A DNA stretch of 64,000 nt from Lama glama (lineage: Eukaryota), in assembly GCA_028534125.1 (NCBI GenBank), contig CM052816.1, positions 96,598,001 through 96,662,000 of the forward strand, written 5' to 3'. The notes below the pieces were generated by a model that worked only from the letters and a program-made list of their open reading frames with translations, ran no database searches and was not told the origin of the DNA. Positions 11,440 through 24,460 of this stretch are shown here, in pieces (the stretch's first letter is position 1; each line of letters starts with the position of its first letter). The translations under genes and the position numbers were made by a program.

Positions 11440-11990
11440 AGGGTCAGCTCTCTCCGGCGAAGCTGCTACCCGTGAGGGCGGATGCAGCTAAAACCCGTCA
11501 CCGGCCGCCGGCGCTCGGCACGGCTGCGCCGCCGAGGGGAACCGGGCGGGGCGGGCGGCCAGGCTCCGGGGGGCTCGGCGGTGGTGGGGGGGGGGGGTCC
11601 AGGGCCTCATCCGACCCTGCGGCCCAGCTTTCTCCGCACAAATGCGTGGAACGGCCCGGGGAGCCCATCCCGCCCTGAAAGCCGTGCCGACTCAGTTCCC
11701 CCTCCAGGGCCGGGCCGGGTCCGAAGGCGCCCGGCGTCCGCCAGGGGCGCGCGCGGCCCGGGGCCCGGAGCCGGCCGTTCCCGGGGATTCAGCGCGGCCG
11801 CGGGTGCGTCTGCGCTCCTGTTTGGTGAGTTAGGGCCCGGTGCGTTTCAAGCCAATAAAGAAGCTTCGGGTTTGTGCTCAGACCTGGAGGTCTGTCTACA
11901 CCCGCTAGTATGCGTGCAGAGCGGAGCCTCGGCTGGTGTCAAGGAACGTGCGATGCCCAGCGTGCCCCACGCCAGGGGCGACTCTTGAAT
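11440..11990. promoter_or_regulatory. CpG-island promoter
   Basis: Very high GC and CpG density against an AT-rich, CpG-depleted background. Overlapping GC boxes gggcggggcgggcgg at about 11543-11557, CCAAT at 11852, donor TTG|gtgagt at 11825. Confidence 0.9.
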
Positions 11991-12074
11991 TCACAGCAGG
12001 GCATCGTGATCTTTTCATTACAAGCATCTGCTTGGTACCTTTAGACAGTTATCTCCCTTTGGTCTTATTATAAA

Positions 12075-12137
12075 AGAGAGAAAGAGTGAGAGGGAGGGAG
12101 GGAGAGAAAGAGAAAGGAAGGAAGGGAGAAAGAAAAG
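12075..12137. repeat. GA-rich simple repeat
   Basis: gagagggagggagggagagaaagagaaaggaaggaaggg. Confidence 0.85.
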
Positions 12138-12404
12138 ATAAATTCCTGTTGGGTGACTACTACATTCACACACATGAAACAGTGATTTACAGTCCAGCTA
12201 ATAAGTCACATGAAGGTCGCAAGAAAATACAGATCTGGCTGACTGCTGCATAGAAAAGTCCGCAACATTATTCGTGTTGCCTTGTTCCTTCATGAAACCA
12301 GTAAGATTCATTATAAATTCACTTTCAAGGCTAAGTTTTAGTTAGGAGGGGGGCAATTTTACACATATTAGGGAAACCTGATAGAGCAAAGGTTCAGCTC
12401 TGTG

Positions 12405-12490
12405 CATTATTACTAAATTAAATAAGATAATCGAATAAAAGCACTAAGCATGACTCTTGAAACATAATAAGCACAGAATAAATATTAATA
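12405..12490 (+). mobile_element. MIR 3' fragment
   Basis: attaaataagataat...aaagcactaagcatga...acataataagcac..aataaat. Confidence 0.55.
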
Positions 12491-13324
12491 TTTTACCTGT
12501 TTGTGATCTTCTCAAAATCCTCTTATGGACGTCAATCTGGAAAACCTTAAAATGTTCTAAAGAAGGGATGAAGAACATGAGACACTGAGAAAAGAGGAAA
12601 AAAAATAAAGTTCAATAAGCGCTCGCAAATAAATGTTCACCTCCCTAGTAAAACATCACAAATTTCAAACAATAAAAACCCATTCCCTCTGTTGGGTAGG
12701 CAAAAGCGTTTGTTTGTTTGTTTTTTGTTTGTTTGTTTTAATTGCAACGCGCAGAATGAATTAGGCGTATGTCAGGTAGTGGACACACTCTTGCATGGTC
12801 TTTGTGGGGTAAACTGGTCAAGTTGCCTGGAGGCCATTTACCACTGTGCACCAAAATTTGAACATGAATACATTATTTCAAGGGCTTATACCTTGGGTTC
12901 TAATTAAGGTAGTGACAATGGATCACCTTTCTCTAATTCAGATGCTCTGAGGAGGTGTTTCTGGGAAGGACATCCTGGGTCTGTGCTGCCTTCTGGGGAC
13001 ATGTTTCAGAATATGTATCTCTGAGAAGTTAATTGACCCATGTGGGATCCTGATTTCAGAGCCCTGTTAGTGCCAGGCTCCGACCCACGGAGGTAACTAT
13101 GACATGACCTTAACTTGTCTGGAAATGTGCTCAGATGTATCTATTTCATTTTATTACATTCCTGTCAGTCCCCGTAACAATTCAGGTGATCAGAGACCAA
13201 CAGACAGACAGCTACAAGCTTGTTAACCTGCCGATTCTACATCAGCACAGCTGAGCGTGAATCCTACAGCCTGATTTCCGGTGCACGCACATCACATCAC
13301 CCAGAAAGCCCATCTCATGAGGGA

Positions 13325-13702
13325 TTCCCTGGACTGAATTTTGTTCCTCGGAAATTCATAGGTTGAAGCTTAATCTCCAACATGACTGTATGTGGGAAAT
13401 AGAGCTGTTAAGGAGGTAATTAAGACTAAACAGGGTTATCAGGGTGGGGCCCTGATCCAACAGGACAAATCAGAAGAGGAAGCAACACCAGGAGGGTGTG
13501 CTTACAGAGGAGAGGCCACGTGAGGAGGCAGCAGGAAGAGAAGGCAGCAGTCTGCAGGCCAAGGCCAGAGGCCTCAGGAGAAACCAATGCGCTGGCCCCT
13601 TGTTCCCGGGCTTCCAGTCTCCAGACTGTGAGAAAATAGAAGTCGGTTGTTCAAGCGCCTGGCCTGCGGTGCCTTCATGATGGCCCTGAGCAGACTAGGA
13701 CA
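13325..13702 (+). mobile_element. MaLR LTR (MLT1A/B-like)
   Basis: ggactgaattttgttcc...agggtggggccctgatccaa...cttccagtctccagactgtgagaaaata...gcagactaggaca. Confidence 0.85.
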
Positions 13703-16700
13703 AGAGGCCACCATTAAGTTGGACATAACACTAAAAATGGTCCTTCTTATTTTGTCAATTTGTAGAAATAAATTAAAAAATCCTCTGATTTCTTTTTCAA
13801 TTTAGCAAAGCGTTTGTGTACACCTTAAAAGCAATTCTGCTTAGCATTTAGTTTCTTTAAAGGGGTTTTCCACAGGAGGAAGCCGTAAGTGTAACCCCAA
13901 GGGGAGCCATAAAGATGGCTCACCCATCCTTAGTCATTTGAAGCCTGTGGTTTGTGAAAACTGAAAAGATCACTGCTTTAGTTATTCCCAAGGCACCAAT
14001 TAAGTGCATCCTCTGCAGAGTGGTGGGGAAACACTCTCGTGACCTTGAAAACACCAATGACACTAAACCCTCAGGGCCCAGAACCCAGATGTCTCCATGG
14101 AGCTGGGGAACCACATGGATTCAGTCTTCCCTTGCTTGGGGAGATGGTGCCTCTGAGATCTATGTGGCTACAATCAAGGCAAACTTTAAGGTTCCGAGCG
14201 GTCCTGTGTAGAGATTACTAAAGATAAGGTTCCCATCTCTGATGGAATTCCAGAGCATCAGCTTAGGAGAGAAACTGGGAAATTTTACACTGGCTTTTAA
14301 AAAATGATTCAAATGTCAATACTTCTGAAGATTAGAAAACAATCCATTTTGAGTTCACATCATAATTGCCACTCTGGAATTGATATTGGTATCAGATAAT
14401 GATATTGATATTGATATTGGACCACTAGTATCCATCAGTAGAGTAGTTACGCATATTGATTGAAAGGGTCCCATCTCTGTGTTCCCAGTTCAGCCCCACA
14501 CTAATGCACGTCCCTTTCGCACCCCAGGCCAATGCAATTGTCCAGCACAAGGACTCCTTTCCAGAAGGTACTGAGACCTGCCATCACAGAGAACTCCAGA
14601 GTTTTCACTCTTCTTGGCTGGATCACGGGTGAATTTTGATAATACGACAGCAAACATTGTCTCAAAATAGCTTCAAACAATTCAGTGAGACTAAATCCTT
14701 TACTACAAAATTCCACAGCTGTTCTCCCAGCATGTGACTTGGTCTTTTTGTGTACCTGTTGTATATGGAAAAAAATAAAGCAAAATAAACTTGAAGTCTT
14801 ATTTTGACCTCTATTAGAACTCCCTTTCATTTCTCATGTCAGATGCTATCTGCGGTCTCTGAAGTCACTTTTATAAGGAAACAGTCTAATATGAAACCAT
14901 CAGCATTCTCCGTCCAAACTCTCACACTTTCCTCCATAATGACATTAGTTTAATTCCTTCCTCCATGAAGCCATAATGTTCCCCTAAATAATTTACTGAA
15001 TATTTCCAGCAGTTCCATCAACCCTCAGAACCGTAGCGTGTGAGGGCTTCATTTTAGATTAATTGATTGTCTCATTACAGGCAGCAGTTTCTGTGAGTCA
15101 GACAACATGAATCTCTGTTGGGCAGGGAACCTGTGGGGGCTTTGAGTTCACATCCCAGCCCTGCAGCCTTCCCAGCCCACCCCGCCAAACAAGACTGCGG
15201 TGGGGGGGGGGCACTGTGCCCTGTTCCTCTAAAGACTAAGAATAATCGTGAACAACCATTTCTGCAGGTAGCTTATTCCTGGCCAGGGTAGGGCGGAGAG
15301 CAACTAGAAACTGCATCTTAGATGGGATAGCAACTTTGAACTCCTGAATTAAGCAGAATTTCCCACTCAGTCATGATCATAGCTGGGCCTCCTCATGGTG
15401 TAGGTTGGAGAGGAAGAGGCTGCCCCTTAAGCACTTCCCCAGGAGGCTCTGCCCACATCCCTACTATTGCTTATGACCACTCTCAAGACGTACCCATTTG
15501 CTGATGCTCAAGTGCCATTTTGGTTTTACTGAGAACTGATGACCTGCGCTTTGCCTCATTCCAGCTTAGCTCTACAACTTTGTTGCAGCCTGTGAGAACT
15601 GGCCCTGTTCCAAATACATGCCCCTGTAACCTGCAGGGACCCTGTAAAGTAAAATTTCACGTGGCCTGTGGGGTTGAGACCTCTTACCCAGAGGTTCTCA
15701 AACAACGTGGTCAAAAGAGCTACAAGGCCTGGTCCCGTCAAGAACCTCAGTCCCAAATGTGATTACTCCTGCCCCTCTGTGGGACACAGGGGAGTGGGCA
15801 GAGCTGTCCTGGTTGCTCTAGTGCCTGAGCAGGACACGGTGGGGATGGGGGTAGGTTTACTGAAAGTCCCGCGACATGAGAGACGGTAATCTCCAATGAA
15901 AAACGCACCTCTCAGAATGCCAGTAGCACTGCCACCGATTGTCGTTATATTCTAACACCCCTACAAACGGAAATCCCTCCTCCCCTGAGCAAATGACAGT
16001 TCCTTCCCTTAGAACGAATAACGCCGCCTTCTTCCTCTGGGTCTCACATAGGAAGGGCAGTCTTCTCTAGACAGTGACATGAAATAGCTGACAAGAAAAA
16101 AGATGCTAGCTCCTCAGCACGGAAAATAAGGTCCACCCAAGGCCGAGCAACTCAAATTCTCACTGCAGCAGTCTGTATTCTCCCAAAGGAGAAAATAACT
16201 AAATTGATTCCCCGCCCCGGTGCTCTTGATGGATTTACGAATCCACCCACTCTAAATTAAATCCTCTGGCAGCACAGCCAGTGTTGCTTCACGTTAAAAT
16301 TAAAGGGTGATCAGAATAGCTATGAAATCTCTGCTTAGGAAAGTTTGAGATAAAATTAGCTTTAAAAAAAAAATCCCCAAATAACTGAAAAATCAGGGGT
16401 CCGGAGCTGGGAAATAAACTTTGTGACCTAATGTTCTTCAAAGATTGTAAAGGATCTTTTTTCTTGTAATTCTGCAGCTTGAGGCAGGTCTTCTGCATCT
16501 ATGTAGATTAAAAGCTATGACTTAATTCACTGCCTGTTTCCTTTTGGATCAGTGGCAGGTAACACAGACCATAATTACTATTGGTCCTTTGCTTCTTCCA
16601 TCGTACTTGGTCTTAAGGTCAATTCTCACTAGAGTTTGTTGTGGTCGCCCTACCAACTTTGTTCACTAAGAATTTCATTAATTATTAGCTTTAGCAACAT

Positions 16701-17689
16701 CAGAGAACAATGCAACCAAATGAGAAAGGCATTTCCTCAATTAATTCAAAATCCAAACTGGATTTGCTCACCCGAGACTGTCTGAGCAAACAGAATGCTA
16801 CAGGGCAGTCCCAAGGGGTCAAAGTCCTGATTCCTCACCAAGGGAATGTGTGACCGTAGGAAGCGTCTGCCAGGTGCACACCAATGATCCAAAGCACGGT
16901 TACTCCATCCGCGTGTGTAAGACAGAGAAGGAAGCTCAGCTCCTCTCTGAATCTGATTAGGGATTGATCATTGGACTCATTTATGAGCAAGTTTCAACTG
17001 TTTTACCCCATGGAGTCCTAGAAAGTGTCCAGAGGTGGCTTTTAGACAGCTTTTCAGAGCAGAACTTTGTATCCTGGTACTTCCTGTGCCCACTCTTCCT
17101 TCCCCTGACCACCTCCCCCAGCCCCACCACCACCACCACCAGACCCTCAGTCGTGGGTCCGGTTGCTCTCCAGCTCTGGCCCTATTTATTAAAAACGTGA
17201 CTTCAGAGGGTTGAGAAATACCCAACTACAGTGAAAGTGGATAAAAAAAGTGCTGGCTCCTACCTTAACCTTAGAGATAATCCACACAACAGTGGCCTTT
17301 TGTAAATTAGACCTTATAAGATAACAAAGTTGAAACAGTAAAGGATTCAGGGAATGGGGAAAAAGAGAAGAGCAGGAGGTGGGTGACATGGCCTCCACAG
17401 AAACCCTGGAGTCACACCTAGGAGGTGGCTGCTGGGCACAAGGCCCACCCTACACACGCCTGTGACATTCCTTAGAAGCAGGAGCAGTCAGCCTCCGCGT
17501 CGGAAACAACTCATGGCACAAAGCAGGAGATGGATTCCACGTGATTTCACTCAGAATGGATTAGAGGTGCCAGCCGGACGTTTTCTTCACTCCAAGATGG
17601 GTACTGGGGGGCAGGAGGTAATTCTTGGCAGCCACTTTTATGGGGGTAACAGAAATTCTAAATGTCTGCAAAATGTGTCACCACAGCTC

Positions 17690-17821
17690 AAGAAAAAAAG
17701 AAGAGGAGGAAGAGAAAGAGGAGGAAAAGGAGGAGGAGGAGGGAGGAGTTGGGGGGAGGAGGGAGGAGTGGGGGGGAAGGAGGAGGGGAGAGGAGGGGGA
17801 GAGGAGGGGGAGGGGGGAGAA
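17690..17821. repeat. Polypurine (GGA/G-run) low-complexity tract
   Basis: About 130 nt of almost pure purine with many G runs. Confidence 0.9.
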
Positions 17822-20559
17822 CACCTGAGCATGTGGGGTATTTAAATTTAAATTTTTAAGTTTAAGTCTAGATTTAGATTTGTAATATTTTTATTTTCAC
17901 CAAGCAGGAAGACATCCAGTTTTGTGTAAACTAGCGGTCAACAGCTCAGAAGAATAATGATACTTGTTTAGTTCTCCATTAAATTCCCAATTTGAGAAAG
18001 ATTAGCGTCAACCTAAAGTGTAACTTACACTTGGTTTGGTGTGTGTATTCAAGCACATGGGGGGGGGTTTGAAATGCTCTCAATTTCACACGTATTGTAT
18101 ACACACACCTTGTCTCTCCCTTCCACCCCTCTTTCTCTATTTCCCCATCCAACATGAGAAATTGTTTACGTTAGAGGTAGAGAATTTGATATAAATATAA
18201 GAATATATAAATATATCAGCACAAAACATAAATTATCTTATGGTGATTGAAGTTGTAATGATAGCCATCTGAGGGATTAGGAGACCAGAGCCTGCTGAAA
18301 CTTGTTTCCTGCAGAGAGGGTGGCTGGGGGAAGCTGGGGTCAGGGGGACTCTCCAGATGACTGAACTCAGGTACAAATACATTTTAACTTAGATTCTGAT
18401 ATAGGGTTTGAACTTTAATATGTTAAATGTATATTTTTAATCTCAGGTTGTCTTTCAGAAAGGTGTGATTTCTTATGGGCATGTTATTGTCAATGTCATT
18501 TTTTAACGTCCCAGAGCCATGTCATAGTTCTAATTGAGAAGTTTTCTCTCTTAGTTTAATTGCCTGCCACTTTATAATAACTAAAGTCAGCAGATTGCCC
18601 AGGTTTTAGCATTAATATCCAAGCTTCATCATTTCCCAGTTTCAGGAGCCCTCCTTCTGCATTACCTGGGAAATGATCTTGCCAGATGTATTTTTTGCCT
18701 TTTTATAACATTACAGTTTATCAAGAGAAATTGTACTTTTTGGCAAACCATCTAACACTTGTTCTGGAAATTTTACTCAAAAATGGAATTTTTTTTATCT
18801 TACACAAAATTCAGTAGACTCTAAACCTGAGGCTTCTGCTGGAAAATTCTCAGTGCTTTGTATTTACTATTTATTTAAAAGCAGTCTGTTGAGTCGGCAC
18901 CAGATTCAGCCCCATGTGCCCGGGATAGGCATGGTCACTACCCTCCCGGCCCTTCAGCTACCTCTGCACCCTTGCTCCCCGTGCAAGATGTTCTCTCTAA
19001 CCTGCCTTCATCTCTTTCAGTTACCCATTGCCTGCTGCTTCCACAGCTGGTAACAGCTCGTTTATAAACATAAGGAGAAGCATCTTTACTGTACCTTGCT
19101 CTCTGCCTTGACAGTGTCGCCATATAGTCTTCCACTCCTTGGGCTCAAGCACACAGCAAAAAGGAGAATTTAGATGGAGGGGTACACGGGTTTTTATTCT
19201 GCCTGCAAATTAGCTACATCTTATAATAGGAAGTGGCTGAATCTAGAAGAGAGAAGACTAATTGATTTGGCTTCCAAAGTCTGTTGGAAACAGAAGCAAA
19301 TGCAATGCAGGCAAAGGGACAAGCAGTGTGATTACAGGCAATGATCCCACCTGAACCCAAGGACCCTCTACCGGCCACGTGCAATGGTTGGACCTGCTGT
19401 TCAAGGGCTCCATTAATGACACTCTGTGTCTGAGGTGTTCATCTGAACAGGGTGGTGTCTGTCAGTCACTGAGTCAGGGGCATCCCCTGCTGTCCCAGCA
19501 GGAAGCCCACTGGCGCTCAGTCACCACCACAGCCCCCGCTGCATATGGGGGCACTGTGTTCTCAGGGGTCATTCCCTGGATAAGTTCTTCTCTTCCTCAT
19601 TCTACTGAAAACTGTTGGCTAAGACGCCCCACAAGGAATGGAGTCTGGGGTCCAGTGAATAAGGGAAACCATAAATATCGCTGCTTCCTCCCGGAAGTTA
19701 AAAGCCTGTTAGTTGATTCAATCTTCTGACTAGACTCACAATAAATAACTTGTTTTTCATGGTTTCTCAATGTGCTTGACGTACTGGGGGTGGTAACGCT
19801 TATTAATGCTCTGGTGAAGTAGGATTTTATGGAACTGATGTTCCATAAATGGGAAATAGGTTGCAAATGGAAACTCCCAACCAAAGGGGCTTAGAAATTA
19901 AATCTTATTGGGTAAAATATGATCCAGGGAACTGATACAGAGAAAAGTTTACTCATTTTCAACCTGGAGAATGTCACAAACTGCTTCATAGGGAGTAATC
20001 CATATTTACTGTCATCTGATACATTTGATAGCTGCAGGAAGTGACCATTTCTTCCTCATTTCCCCGACATAACTGCTCTGGAGTTTATCTTTGTTCAGGG
20101 TTCTGGGAACACGGTTGGATGATTGGCCTGTGTCTTGGCAGTCTTTCAAAAGTGTTGGTGATTTCTCATTACTCATGGGTTGCTGATTGCTTCAACTGAG
20201 TGAAGTCACATACAGGACCCATCAGAAACAAATTATAGAAAATTAAATTGAAATGATAAAGGCCAACACATTGCAAAGGTTATGTATTTTGTGGAATTTT
20301 TGGTGTCTTGAAAAAAATTGGAGCATAATACATAATTTGGAGGATCTCTGTTTGGCTGATAAAAAGGGAAGATGCCAGAGATGATTTTTTTGACCGTAAG
20401 TTTAGTGTTTATAGTTAGCGAAGCCCAGATTCCTGACCGTGCCCTGTTGATCAGACGGTCACCCAGGATCCATGACTTGGCCCTGCTGCGGCGTCGGCAG
20501 ACAGGACTGATTACTTGTTTTTACTCTTCACTGTCTCACTATAGAGGATTACACGCGGA

Positions 20560-20921
20560 AGGAACAATGTAAAGCCTTTCCCTGGGGTGGAGTCTATCTC
20601 TCCACCCAACTGGTGCTGGGCTCAACCATGTGACTTACATCAGCCAAGGGAATGTTACTGGGCTTGATTCAACAGAAGCCGAAATGTACTTGTGAAATGT
20701 GGCTTGGCTCTCGTGCCTCTGGTGGCCCCTGCTCTATTCAGCCTGCGTTCCCACATGAAGAGGTGGAGGGCATACCTGAAACTTTCTGGGGGTCTGGAAC
20801 GTATGACCCAGCTGAGCTCAGCCCAGATCAGCTTAACCACAGCTCCCCTGCAGACCCAGGACCCTTGTAAACTACTGAAAGTTTGTGATTGTTTCCTACA
20901 CAGAACAAGTTGACTAATACA
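20560..20921 (+). mobile_element. Old MaLR LTR (MLT1I-like)
   Basis: gggctcaaccatgtgactt...cccagctgagctcagcccagatcagc...tgactaataca. Confidence 0.7.
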
Positions 20922-21134
20922 ATGGCTAACTTTTTTGAGTGTTAACTTATGCCAATACTAAAATTTCTGGCATAAGTATTACATGGAAAATATAAACCTT
21001 GAGTATGACTTTAATGATATTTCCAAGGTTTACGATGTCACTGGGAAGGACATCATTAGGAACAAATATCTGAGACTTTGATGAGGAAAGAATGAAAATG
21101 AAAAAAAAAAACAAATGACAAGTATTTAAAATTT

Positions 21135-21264
21135 GGGGGGGGAAGGGGTAGCTCAGTGGTAGAGCATGTGCCTAGCAAGAATGAGGTCCTGGGTTCAATC
21201 CCCAGCACCGCCATTAAAAAAAATAAAAAAATAAATAAACCTGATTACCTCCCCCACCAAATAA

Positions 21265-21307
<43 letters not shown>

Positions 21308-21343
21308 GATAAGCTGGTCTTTAAAAAACAAAATAAAATAAAA
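21135..21343 (+). mobile_element. Camelid tRNA-derived SINE (Vic-1 type)
   Basis: G-rich start, A box tagctcagtgg, B box ggttcaatccc, body aaacctgattacctccccc, (AAAT)n tail. Candidate TSD taaaattt at 21127-21134 and 21344-21351. Confidence 0.85.
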
Positions 21344-21659
21344 TAAAATTTTACTCCATATGCATCTTTCGGAAATAGCATTCAAATAATATACTGTAAT
21401 TAACCAGTTTAAAGAAAATGTAATATTTAATACATTTAAATTTTCTTTTAATAAATTTTAATTATTTAAAATTCAAATGTTTTGATATTTGTTCACTAGT
21501 CTTCACACATGTTTTCAGAAAAATAAAGTTTTAAAATTATATGAATATCCATGCTCTAAAAATAAATTAAGGATGAAGAAACCTAAGCATAGCATATTCC
21601 AGCCTAGAGCCAGCAGGGTGGTGGTTTATAGGAGGCGCTGGTGTGATCGTTCCTCTAAC

Positions 21660-22960
21660 CATAAAGAAGGGAGAGCGAAAAGGGAGCCAGGATGAAACCC
21701 CAGTATTAAAGGGGGAACAAGATGAGACTGCAGAAGAGATTGAGAAAGTGCATTCGTGGGAGAAAAAGGCAAAAACAACATAAGATTAGGAAGGAGTAGA
21801 GTCTTTGTCATCTGGATGCTAAGGGACAAAATTGTCTTGGAAGGAAGATTAGGTCATTAGGTGCAATCCTGCGGTGGGCTCAGGAAAAATGAGCGATGCA
21901 ACGTAGTGACATTTGACCGTCTACTGGTTCTAGTGTCCTCGGCCAGGTGAGCTTCATGGAGTAATGGGACGCATGCTCTTCCTTCACGACTGAGGAGCGC
22001 CTGATTAAAAGTGAAGCCAAGATGATGCACGTAGGTCCCAGCACAGCACCTGAAAATTGAAGAAAAGGCTCTGGGTCAGTAGGCAAAGGATGAAGTAAGT
22101 TCGCAGAAAAAGTTTTTCTAAGGCAAGAAGTGTACACGAACCATGGGCAGAAGGAAGCAGAGAAGCAGTAGGAAGAGGTTAAAGACTGATACAGAGTCAG
22201 GTTGATTAATGAGGTGAGGTTCCAAAGGAGCAAGAGTGTACATCATAAGCATAATGTGGATGACAGTCCATGGTCAAAGGCAGAGCCTCCTCCACTGAGC
22301 AGGGGGTAAGGAATGATGAGAGCAGGTGCCAGAAAATGTGGAATTAATTGGTGTAGGCCCAGCTATGGAAGAAATTTGGTACATTCTTGATAATCTCTGC
22401 ATTTTCTTATTGAAGTTGGAGAGAAAGTTTTCTGAATGGAGTTGGTGGTATGTGTAACAGCATATCATACAAAGTGTAAAATAGTGATTGACTCTTAGGA
22501 TGGTTTTAAATAGGGAATGTAGAGGAAGGTGATGAGGGAAATTCAGGAAGACTGCCAGGGAGCACTGTGGAAACTCGGTGCTCAGACTGTGAACTTTCAG
22601 AGGTCCTAGTCTGCAAGATGTATTCTCCAAGAGTGCTCAGATACTGAGAATGGGTTGGGGGCAGATTTGGAGACTGACTTATCCAGAAATGGCGTTTTCT
22701 GTTGATGTGTACTGAAAACCCATGGAAGGCAGAGAGGTGATACTGTGACACCTGAATGACATCAGTGTAGTGGAACATGTGGTCCAGATGTATAGAGAAT
22801 TAAGTAAAGCCAAGTGGAGCCTGACTGGAGAACGGAAAGAGGCAGGGACTGGACAGATCACTAAGTTTTGAAATGATTGCAGTGGGAGAGAGAAAGAAGG
22901 AGAGCTGGAAACATGAAATGTTGTGGTTCAAGAGGGAGATATTCCACTTTACACTCACTG
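21660..22960 (-). mobile_element. Long degraded L2
   Basis: Purine-biased antisense L2 motifs (cagaagagattgagaaag, gagcttcatggagtaatggg). Confidence 0.55.
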
Positions 22961-22964
22961 AAAG

Positions 22965-23460
22965 TAATATGGTTTCCTAGGTTGAATCGTGGAACAGAAA
23001 AAGGACATCAGCGGAAAAACTGGTGAAATCCAGCCTAAGTCTGGAGTTTAATCCATAGTAATGCTCCAATGTTAATATTTTAGTTCTGGCAAGTGTACCA
23101 TGGTTATATAAGACCTGTAGATACTAAATACTAGATATAAAATAGATAAACAACAAGTTTCTACTATACAGCACAGGGAACGCTATTCAGTATCTTGTAC
23201 TAACCTATGACAAAAAAGACTATAAAAGGAATATGTGTGTGTGTGTGTGTGTATGACTGAAGCATTATACTGTACTACAGAAACTAAGACAACATTGTAA
23301 ACTGACTATACTTCAATTAAAAAATAAAGAATTTAAAAAATTTTTTTAAGATGTTAACATTATAGAAAATTGAGTAGAAGATATATGGGAACTCTGTACT
23401 ATCTTTACAACTTTTCTATAAACCTGACATTATTTCAATATAAAATATTATTTTTTAATT
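22965..23460 (+). mobile_element. L1MC-like 3' end interrupted by a younger L1
   Basis: ggaacagaaaaaggacatcag...gtaccatggttatataaga // tgttaacatt...tatatgggaactctgtactatcttt. Confidence 0.75.
23114..23346 (+). mobile_element. Artiodactyl-type L1 3' end (5'-truncated)
   Basis: ataaacaacaagtttctactatacagcacagggaac...acaacattgtaaactgactatacttcaattaaaaaa. Confidence 0.85.
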
Positions 23461-23689
23461 TCATATTTCACATTAAAAAACACTAAAAGCATAGACACAC
23501 AGACATGTGCCTCCTAACCTGATAACCTGATTTTGGACCATCCTTTGCTTCCTCATTTGAATCATCCACAAAATCTAGAGTCTGACCATATTCTTCTGAG
23601 CAAAAGCGCCCAGCACACAAATGGTTTTGTTCTCACGACTTGCTTCTTCATGGGTCACGCTGAACTCTGCTAAACGTCTAGAATCATGA

Positions 23690-24460
23690 CTGACAGCAGT
23701 AGTGGATAGCCGGCAGGATGTCCAGTGGTCCTCACTTCTTAAATGTGGTCCACATGCCACTGTGCAAGCCATCCTCCCACTGAGTCAGAGCTGGCCCTGT
23801 GTGATCAATTACGTTTGTGGAAGTTATGTCTAGGTAATTAAAAGCATGACATCTTCCCCTCTGCTCTCTCAAATCACTTTCTCTGGAGTAAACCAGACAC
23901 TGTTCCATAGGGACACTCCAACAGCCCTGTGGAGGGGCCCATGTGGAGAAGAATGGAGGGCTCCAACCAACAGCCAAAAGCTATTTCATAGAAATGCCAG
24001 GGAAACATCTTGAAAGAGATACCCAGCCCCAGTCAAACCTTCAGATGACTTTAACACCAGCCAGCATCTGATGGAGCTTAACAAAGACTTCAAGTCAGAA
24101 TTTCCCTACCAAGCTTCTCCTGAAATTTTGACCAACAGAAACCATGGGCGATAACAAATGATCGTTGCTTTAATACAAATTTTGGGTGACTTGTTACACA
24201 AAAATAGGGAACTAATACAGATCTGGGGACAAATGAAGTGCTGTAATAAAAAAAAATCTTAAAACGTGGGATTGGTGGTGGAGTCCAGCAGCATGCAGAA
24301 ATCGGAGGTAAGTTGGAAAGAGTGTTAATAAAATTTAAAAAGCTTTGAAGGACTGTTAGATGGGAGTGATGGCCTTCATGAAGACTATCAGTGAGTGTTT
24401 AACACAAATCGAGGAAAATGGAGGAAAGCGGTCTCAGTTATCACTACAGTAAGTCTAACA
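23690..24460 (+). mobile_element. MLT1F/G-like LTR plus start of MaLR internal sequence
   Basis: cccagccccagtcaaaccttcagatgac...actaataca, then gatctggggac...tgctgtaata, the internal start. Confidence 0.7.

Noticed and set aside
11421..11988. Long plus-strand ORFs (85, 168 and 63 aa) in the CpG island
   Set aside because: Stop-poor GC-rich DNA giving G/P/R/A low-complexity translations with no recognisable domain
17462..17859. Poly-E/G/R/P ORFs
   Set aside because: Translations of a purine simple repeat
21135..21212. tRNA gene
   Set aside because: The tRNA-like head is followed by SINE body, A-rich tail and TSD, so it is a SINE
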